Assembly (NCBI GenBank): GCA_016875995.1
Contig: VGOG01000003.1
Location: 7,650 to 71,649, forward strand
Source of the DNA: Chloroflexota bacterium
GTDB lineage: Bacteria; Chloroflexota; Anaerolineae; VGOG01
DNA length: 64,000 nt
Direction: 5' to 3'
Positions 58,460 to 64,000 of the stretch are shown piece by piece. Position numbers and translations under genes: made by a program. The stretch's first letter is position 1, and every line of letters starts with the position of its first letter. Below the pieces are notes generated by a model. The model did not search any database. It had not been told where the DNA came from and worked only from the letters and a program-made list of their open reading frames with translations.

Positions 58460-59923
58460 CTACCCCTCGTACTCGGCCTTCAGTTCCAGCCACTTCATGC
58501 CGATGTTCTTGACGCACTCCTCGACGGAGACCTGTCCCAGATAGCCTCGTTGAAGTTCAGCTCTGGTGAAGACATCCCACGAGGAGTACCAGGGGGACAG
58601 CTTCCGTGCCCGGGCTGTCTTGGCGATCTGCTCTAACTGATCCACATCGGTCCATGAGCCAAAGGCTTTCCGGATCTCTGGATCCTCATACAAAGGCATA
58701 GGCCCGAAGCCCAGCCCGTGCTCCAGTGCCCACCTCTTGACCACCGGCCAGTTGCCCGCGGGGCCCGGCCCGGCGAAGTACTGCATGAACTTCCAGGCCG
58801 CATCCTGAGCCGCCGGGTGCCGCTCGGCCAATTTGCTGCTGACGCAGTAGAAGCGGACGAAGCCCAGGGTACGGTGCATGGGGCCGGGATTGGGGATCAT
58901 CTTGAAATTCCCCGCCTCCTTAGACGCCTTGGGGTCCTGCCAGAAGGCCATGCCGGAGGCTCGGGTCATGCCGTAGACCTGGGTGCCGGCCATGATGGCC
59001 TGGCCAGCGACCACCCCGTCCCGGGTCAGGCTCTCGGGGTCCATGAGCCCCTCATCCAGAGCCGTCTTCACCCACCTGATATGTTGCTCCAGGGTGCTGT
59101 TGGGAACGGGGTTCCCATTGGCGTCGAGGAAGGTGGGTTCCAGGTACTCGTCGAAGAACTCATCGCCCCGGGACATGAGCATGGCGGTGACGATCTCGAT
59201 GGAGAAAGGCTCCATCTGAGACCAGCCGAAGCCGATGGGGTATTCCACCAGCCCCTTCGCCTTGATGATGCGGGAGTGCTCCAAGACATCCTCCCAGGTC
59301 TCCGGGTCGCCCTTGATCCCCGCTTCTTTGTAGAAGCGTGTGTTGTAGATGAAAGCGATGGGATCGGCATAATAGGGCAGCCCATACAACTCCCCCTTAT
59401 AGGTCATGCCAGCCAGAGTGTAGGGGAACATGTCCGCGGTCAAGGCGTCCAACTCGGCCGCAGGAAAGACTTTCTTCAGAGGTATGATCCAGCCGGCGCT
59501 GGCCCACTCCTGCAACCAGTGGTCCGAACCGTAGAGGATATCCGGCACGGCGGTTCCCGCGACGAAGTTAGTGACCACGGTATCATGGTAACGGCCCCAG
59601 TCGTAGTCGGTCAAGGCCCCCTTGACCCCAGGGGCTGTGGCCTCGAACTTGCTGATGTTGTCCTGGATCATGTCCACGGCATAGGTCCAGACTACGAAAT
59701 CCAGGCTCACCTCCTTCGGCGGTGGCAAGGGCGTGGGCGTGACCACCACCTCGACTGGGACCTCCTTCTCGACCACCACTTCCTTCTCCACCTCGACGGT
59801 GACCGGAACCTCTTTCTCGACGACTACCTCCTTTTCGACCACCTGGGGGGTGGGCGCGGCGCAGCCAGCCACAAAGCTGGCCAACATGGCCACGACTACC
59901 AGTAATGTTGCTAACCTTTTCAT
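58460..59923 (-). CDS. extracellular solute-binding lipoprotein of the sugar ABC transporter
   Basis: Lipobox FVAGC, followed by the repetitive linker VVEKEVVVEKEVPVTVEVEKEVVVEKEVPVEVVV and then an SBP_bac_1-like body. Confidence 0.9.
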   Translation of the reverse strand: MKRLATLLVVVAMLASFVAGCAAPTPQVVEKEVVVEKEVPVTVEVEKEVVVEKEVPVEVVVTPTPLPPPKEVSLDFVVWTYAVDMIQDNISKFEATAPGVKGALTDYDWGRYHDTVVTNFVAGTAVPDILYGSDHWLQEWASAGWIIPLKKVFPAAELDALTADMFPYTLAGMTYKGELYGLPYYADPIAFIYNTRFYKEAGIKGDPETWEDVLEHSRIIKAKGLVEYPIGFGWSQMEPFSIEIVTAMLMSRGDEFFDEYLEPTFLDANGNPVPNSTLEQHIRWVKTALDEGLMDPESLTRDGVVAGQAIMAGTQVYGMTRASGMAFWQDPKASKEAGNFKMIPNPGPMHRTLGFVRFYCVSSKLAERHPAAQDAAWKFMQYFAGPGPAGNWPVVKRWALEHGLGFGPMPLYEDPEIRKAFGSWTDVDQLEQIAKTARARKLSPWYSSWDVFTRAELQRGYLGQVSVEECVKNIGMKWLELKAEYEG

Positions 59924-59959
59924 CTTTGCTCCTCCTGGTATAATAGGTTTCGTGGATGG

Positions 59960-61790
59960 TTGACAAAACCATCAACAAGAGTAAAGTATCTCTGCCCCAT
60001 CCTATGAGGTCGGAGCCTGTTGACAAAGACGGGAGACGCACAGGGTTTTCGTTCCGTTCCGGCCTCACCGACGGGGACACTCATTATCAGGAGGGACCAG
60101 TCATGAGCCGAAAACGACGTACTCACCTACGAGGCAAACGAGGGCAAGCCTTTGCCGACCAGATTCGAGGCATTCCGTTGGACCGCATCCTGTGCGTCTC
60201 CATAGACGTTCACAAGTACTTTCACGTGGTCATGATTCACAACGCGCTGGGCGAGATCGTGACCCCCACCTTCGAGATCGACATCTTTCAGACTGGGTTC
60301 GAGCAGTTGTGTCGAGCGATAGACGAAGCTATTGCTCGGACGAAGGCCCAGGTGGTCTTGACGGGCATGGAACCAACGGGCCACTACTTTGAGAACCTGG
60401 CGCGACACCTGCGTCAACGACCACAGCCAGTGACGTTGATCAACAGCTACGCTGTCAGGAAGAATCGAGACCAACAGATGATGCACCACGAGAAGGACGA
60501 CGAGATTGACACGGCGTCTATCGGCGACCTGCTGCGACGCGGAGAAGGCACGCCTTTCAAGCCCGCCAGCGGGGTCTACCTGCAACTGCAACACCTGGAC
60601 CGCGTTCGCCTCAGCAAGATCAAGATACGCACCATGTTGCAGAATCAGGTGCTCGGCCACCTGGACCGGATCTTCCCTGGCCTGGTCATCATCGCCAAAG
60701 AGGCCAAAGCTCGCTATACCCCTCTGTTCGCCACCGATTTCTGGAAGTGTCAGACGCTGCAGCATCTGATCCGGGTGTGTCCTGACCCGCGCCAGCTGGC
60801 GGCCATGTCCCCGCAGGACTTGATAGATGCTTTCCACGCTCACCACTATGCCATGGGCCCCATCACCGCCGCCAAGATCATCGCCTACGCCCAGAAAGTG
60901 CTCCTGCCCGATGCCGAGTTGATTGCCATCCGCTGCGAGTTATTGGCTCACGACTTGGCTTTGCTGGAGGCAGTCGAAGGCCATATTGCCCAACTCGAAG
61001 ACCGCCTGCGCACCTTGCTGGCTGAAACGCCGTACCAGATATGGGTCAAGCTCAAGGGCCTCAGTGACATCCAGGTAGCCAGCCTGGCGGCGGCCATCGG
61101 CGACCCGGCCAACTACTCCTACGCCGCTCAAGTCTTCCGTCGTAGTGGCTTGGTCAGTGGACGCGATGACTCTGGCATTCGTCAGCGCAAGGGCAAAGGC
61201 AAGCGGGTCGTCAAGGTCGGCGACGTTTATCTGCGCCGCGCTTTGATGAATGCCCTTGCGACCTTGATTCTGCATCAACCCGTCTTGCAGCAGTATCTCA
61301 ACAAGCTCAGGAAATCCAAACCTGCCGGAGTCGCCCGCGTGGCCACAGCCCGCCGCGCCACCGGTATCCTGTGGGCCACACTGCGTGACCAACAGGCCAA
61401 GACGCTGATCCTCAAGAAAGGGGCTGCCATGTAGACAACCACCATGACCAATGCGTCGCGGACCCAACTCTGCAGGCGTGGTCTTGACCTTTGAATCGTT
61501 GCCTTGGACAACGCGCTAGGCGGACCGGGGGCCGGCCGCCAACCTCCTTGAGGCTAACCAGACCCTCGCACAGAAGCTTGGACCGCCCCTGGCCCGTGGC
61601 GCTGAAACCCTGGATAACGTAAGGTGAGCCCCTGCCTTCGGCACGCTCGAATACCAGGATAGGGATAACAGTGCTCGCTGCTTCTTGGCTGTCGCTGGCA
61701 AGTTGTCCCTGGCGGCTGTTCGGTTGTTAAGTATCGCGTGTGCAGTGCATAGTTCGGTCGGCAACTCGAAAAAATCGCGTTTTTCAGAGC
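59960..61790 (+). mobile_element. IS110-family insertion sequence (boundaries approximate)
   Basis: One transposase gene flanked by about 140 nt upstream and more than 350 nt downstream of non-coding sequence. I saw no terminal inverted repeats, as expected for IS110. Confidence 0.4.
60103..61434 (+). CDS. IS110 family transposase / DEDD recombinase
   Basis: VSIDVHKYFH, GMEPTGHYF, DEIDT. C-terminal part: LKGLSDIQVASLAAAIGDP...RQRKGKGKR. RBS AGGAGG. The track start 59956 is an upstream extension. Confidence 0.9.
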   Translation: MSRKRRTHLRGKRGQAFADQIRGIPLDRILCVSIDVHKYFHVVMIHNALGEIVTPTFEIDIFQTGFEQLCRAIDEAIARTKAQVVLTGMEPTGHYFENLARHLRQRPQPVTLINSYAVRKNRDQQMMHHEKDDEIDTASIGDLLRRGEGTPFKPASGVYLQLQHLDRVRLSKIKIRTMLQNQVLGHLDRIFPGLVIIAKEAKARYTPLFATDFWKCQTLQHLIRVCPDPRQLAAMSPQDLIDAFHAHHYAMGPITAAKIIAYAQKVLLPDAELIAIRCELLAHDLALLEAVEGHIAQLEDRLRTLLAETPYQIWVKLKGLSDIQVASLAAAIGDPANYSYAAQVFRRSGLVSGRDDSGIRQRKGKGKRVVKVGDVYLRRALMNALATLILHQPVLQQYLNKLRKSKPAGVARVATARRATGILWATLRDQQAKTLILKKGAAM

Positions 61791-61953
61791 TATGTTTGCA
61801 CGCCTACTCGCCGTTCGCTAGAGAAGGATTTGACAAAATGATAGTAAGCTTCTTAGTTTGAGTTTTGGCTGGCGACGCCCTCAGCGAGCGTCTACGCTTT
61901 AACCGACGAGAATGCTCGATCTATCACCTCCTTCCTGCAGTTTGCGACGATAT

Positions 61954-62706
61954 TCAAAACCTCCCCCGTCTATCATCGAACCTGATGGCTCCAAAACAGC
62001 GAGGCAGATGAAAATTCAACTCATCAATTGGTGCCCAGGACGCCCAGTGCGGGTGGGAGGTATCATCAGCGCATTTGTAGAGATTCGCCCGCCACTCTTG
62101 GTCACACACATGGCCAACCGGACCTACATACTTCTCCAGTAGAGCGAAGGGGATGAAGAACTCCAAGAGCCACTCCGTTGGCACAGTGATCTCCGGTTCG
62201 ACGATCTGCGGCGTGGAGTGGTATATAGCCACCTGTTTTCCATCTTCTTCAGGGAGAGGAGTGAAGTCCTTGAAACCGCCCGGTTCTCGCGTGGGGTCCA
62301 CAATGTAGAAGCAAAGCAGCGAACCGCCGCAGTTGAACTCGAAGTTAAAGTAGCCTCGGTCGGAATTGGAAGTTGGATGCTGGATGCTGGATGTTGGATT
62401 TCCAATCTCCAACCTCCAATCTCTAACCTCCAATTTTGGTTGTACGAAGAACTCTACACAACTGTCTTTGTAGACGGCGTTCATATAGCCTGTATGCACG
62501 CAGCGCACGTACCTGTCCTTGACCAGGAAAATACCGAACAGCCCATCTTCGTCATAAAGCAATCTGGCATAGGTCTGCGGACGATGGTCACTGCTCTCAG
62601 GGCGGAAGTGGGCGATCTCCAGAGTATCAGCCTGGGTCCACGCCTCCCCGTACCACTTCCCCGTCAGTTCTGGTCGAATGGTTGCATACCGTACCGTATA
62701 GCGCAT
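61954..62706 (-). CDS. carbohydrate-binding family 9-like (DOMON-like) protein
   Basis: ...DGLFGIFLVKDRYV...DSCVEFFVQP...YFNFEFNCGG...WRANLYKCADDTSHPHWASWAPI. Confidence 0.6.
   Translation of the reverse strand: MRYTVRYATIRPELTGKWYGEAWTQADTLEIAHFRPESSDHRPQTYARLLYDEDGLFGIFLVKDRYVRCVHTGYMNAVYKDSCVEFFVQPKLEVRDWRLEIGNPTSSIQHPTSNSDRGYFNFEFNCGGSLLCFYIVDPTREPGGFKDFTPLPEEDGKQVAIYHSTPQIVEPEITVPTEWLLEFFIPFALLEKYVGPVGHVCDQEWRANLYKCADDTSHPHWASWAPIDELNFHLPRCFGAIRFDDRRGRF
62362..62435. repeat. stuttered palindromic element inserted in-frame in the CBM9-like gene
   Basis: ggaattggaagttggatgctggatgctggatgttggatttccaatctccaacctccaatctctaacctccaatt encodes (minus strand) LEVRDWRLEIGNPTSSIQHPTSNS. Confidence 0.8.
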
Positions 62707-62736
62707 AGGAACTTTCAGCCTATCCTGGCCTACCCG

Positions 62737-64000
62737 CTACGCGATGTCGTCCGACGCGTCGCAGACAGCAAAGAACTGGCCGCGCTTCATTCGTTGGAAT
62801 TCCTTCGGGTTCTCAAGGTTGATCTGCAACGTCGGCTGATCTTGAGGGAGGATGTGCCAGCTCCCGACCATGTAGACTCGGCCCCCCTGATCGGCTGCCA
62901 GCGAGTCAACATGCCTGGGAACACGCCCCTTTTGGTCCACGATCGCGCCGTGGTCTGTCACCTGACCGTAGCTGCCGTCTGCCAGGGAGATGCTTTTCAG
63001 GTGATAGTCCTCGTTCTTGCCAACCACGTCGGGGTCTTCATCTCGCTTTGCCTCGCCAGAGTAGCCTCGGTGGCTCACGAGGTCGCCCCGCTGGATGTAG
63101 AAGACACGGTCCTTTCCTAATGCAAGCGCCAGGAACACCGGGCCGACAAAACCGACCGGCCGGAACGCCTCGCCGGTGGCGATGTTCTTGCCAGGATCAA
63201 AGACCCACAGCCGCTCGTCATCGCTGCCGCCCATGCCCATCGCAAACAGGCAGCGCTCTCTCCCTGGCAGGGACTGGGCCCAGCTCCATGACCGGTCTGC
63301 TTGCTTCTCCTCGGAACGGCGTTTCCCATCGGGCCAGAGCCTGGCTTCGGGGAGCACATCTTCAAAGCACTCGATCCGGCCGGAACCAGCCGCGAGCCGG
63401 TAGAGATTCCCGCGCCCGCCCGCCGAGAACCGTCCACCTGCGCCCCACATTGTGAACCAGCAATCCCCGTCGGGGTCCACGTAAGACCAGAACGATGCGT
63501 TCCGTCCTTTCTCCGCCGGTTTTCCCAGATCCTGCATTTCGCCGGTCTGAATGTCAATGCTGTAAACGTGGCAGCCGTCATTCTGCTGGTCTTCTTCGGC
63601 AAAAGGCACCGAGAACACGTAGAGCTTGTGGCGATCGGGGTCAACATTGATGAAAGAGTAGATCGAGTAGCGGGGACGGACGATCCCAAAGTCGTGGAAG
63701 CACCCCGTCGCCATCTCGTACCCGATCACGTGCGCCCCGGTGTAGCGGTCAATCGCCTCCTTCCAATAATTGGACAGGTGTGTCGTGAGGTAGAGCCAGC
63801 CATCATGCTCCACGATCGGGCTGTGGATCTTCCCCTGCGATGGCGTCCTGGTCAGGTCCTCTCCACACACTACGGTCATGTCTTTGGCCAAGGTGGTCAG
63901 TTCTTGCGTCCTGGGATCGAAGCGGAAGAATCCGGCCCCACAGCGATAGGAATGGGTGGAGGAGCCGAAATAGCAGTGGCCGTCGGACGCCACGGTGATC
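62737..64000 (-). CDS. hypothetical protein (repeat-rich, possibly beta-propeller), probably N-terminally truncated by the window end
   Basis: ORF 62737-63993 stays open to position 64000. I do not recognise the family. Confidence 0.5.
   Translation of the reverse strand, partial: ITVASDGHCYFGSSTHSYRCGAGFFRFDPRTQELTTLAKDMTVVCGEDLTRTPSQGKIHSPIVEHDGWLYLTTHLSNYWKEAIDRYTGAHVIGYEMATGCFHDFGIVRPRYSIYSFINVDPDRHKLYVFSVPFAEEDQQNDGCHVYSIDIQTGEMQDLGKPAEKGRNASFWSYVDPDGDCWFTMWGAGGRFSAGGRGNLYRLAAGSGRIECFEDVLPEARLWPDGKRRSEEKQADRSWSWAQSLPGRERCLFAMGMGGSDDERLWVFDPGKNIATGEAFRPVGFVGPVFLALALGKDRVFYIQRGDLVSHRGYSGEAKRDEDPDVVGKNEDYHLKSISLADGSYGQVTDHGAIVDQKGRVPRHVDSLAADQGGRVYMVGSWHILPQDQPTLQINLENPKEFQRMKRGQFFAVCDASDDIA

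Noticed and set aside
59745-59843. Tandem repeats in the SBP gene (EKEVVVEKEVPV units) as a separate repeat element
   Set aside because: They are consistent with an ordinary low-complexity linker between the lipid anchor and the binding domain. They are not palindromic, unlike the other elements.
58718-59905. 395-aa plus-strand ORF antisense to the solute-binding protein gene
   Set aside because: A shadow ORF. The minus-strand frame has a lipoprotein signal and SBP features.

Overview
High-G+C bacterial chromosome segment. The gene content and the odd low-complexity hairpin repeats suggest an anaerobe, possibly Chloroflexota-like, but that is only a guess. Reading left to right:

- 1-4.4 kb, minus strand: the conserved rpsB-tsf-pyrH-frr-uppS-cdsA block.
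- 5.9-10.5 kb: a selenium/sulfur-trafficking cluster (yedE, yedF/TusA-like, cysteine desulfurase, DUF3343, selD), interrupted by a RelE/Phd toxin-antitoxin pair. selD is itself a selenoprotein, with an in-frame TGA that the ORF track splits.
- 10.7-19.4 kb: a metal-homeostasis block (DtxR-family regulator, feoABC, zupT, CooT-like, TroA/Znu-type ABC importer).
- 19.6-37 kb: a dense neighbourhood of poorly characterised Fe-S/metallocofactor genes: PadR, DUF364, Mrp/ApbC, three DUF5320, two NifX-like, ferredoxins, NifU-like, radical SAM, MOSC, DUF1847, and two MinD-ferredoxin ATPases. It also holds a second selenoprotein of the C_GCAxxG_C_C family.
- About 39.2-45.4 kb: a visibly lower-G+C island. 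It carries a tightly coupled four-gene operon, which I rate the best candidate for an undescribed defence system combining methylation with two-component signalling. The genes are a nuclease-less Eco57I/TaqI-type N6-adenine methyltransferase, a protein fusing an N-terminal MORC-like GHKL ATPase to a complete histidine kinase, a receiver-domain protein with an unknown C-terminal domain, and a small HEPN-like protein.
- 45.7-49.8 kb: hydantoinase, methyltransferases and xth.
- 49.9-59.9 kb, minus strand: 2-oxoacid dehydrogenase E2 and a fused E1, a four-helix-bundle cassette, and a polyol/sugar utilisation operon.
- 60-64 kb: an IS110-family element and two glycan-related genes.

Throughout the window, families of stuttered palindromic repeats occupy intergenic spacers. 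At least six have been inserted in-frame into coding genes.

No rRNA, tRNA or CRISPR array was found. All coordinates and motifs come from manual reading. No searches were run.
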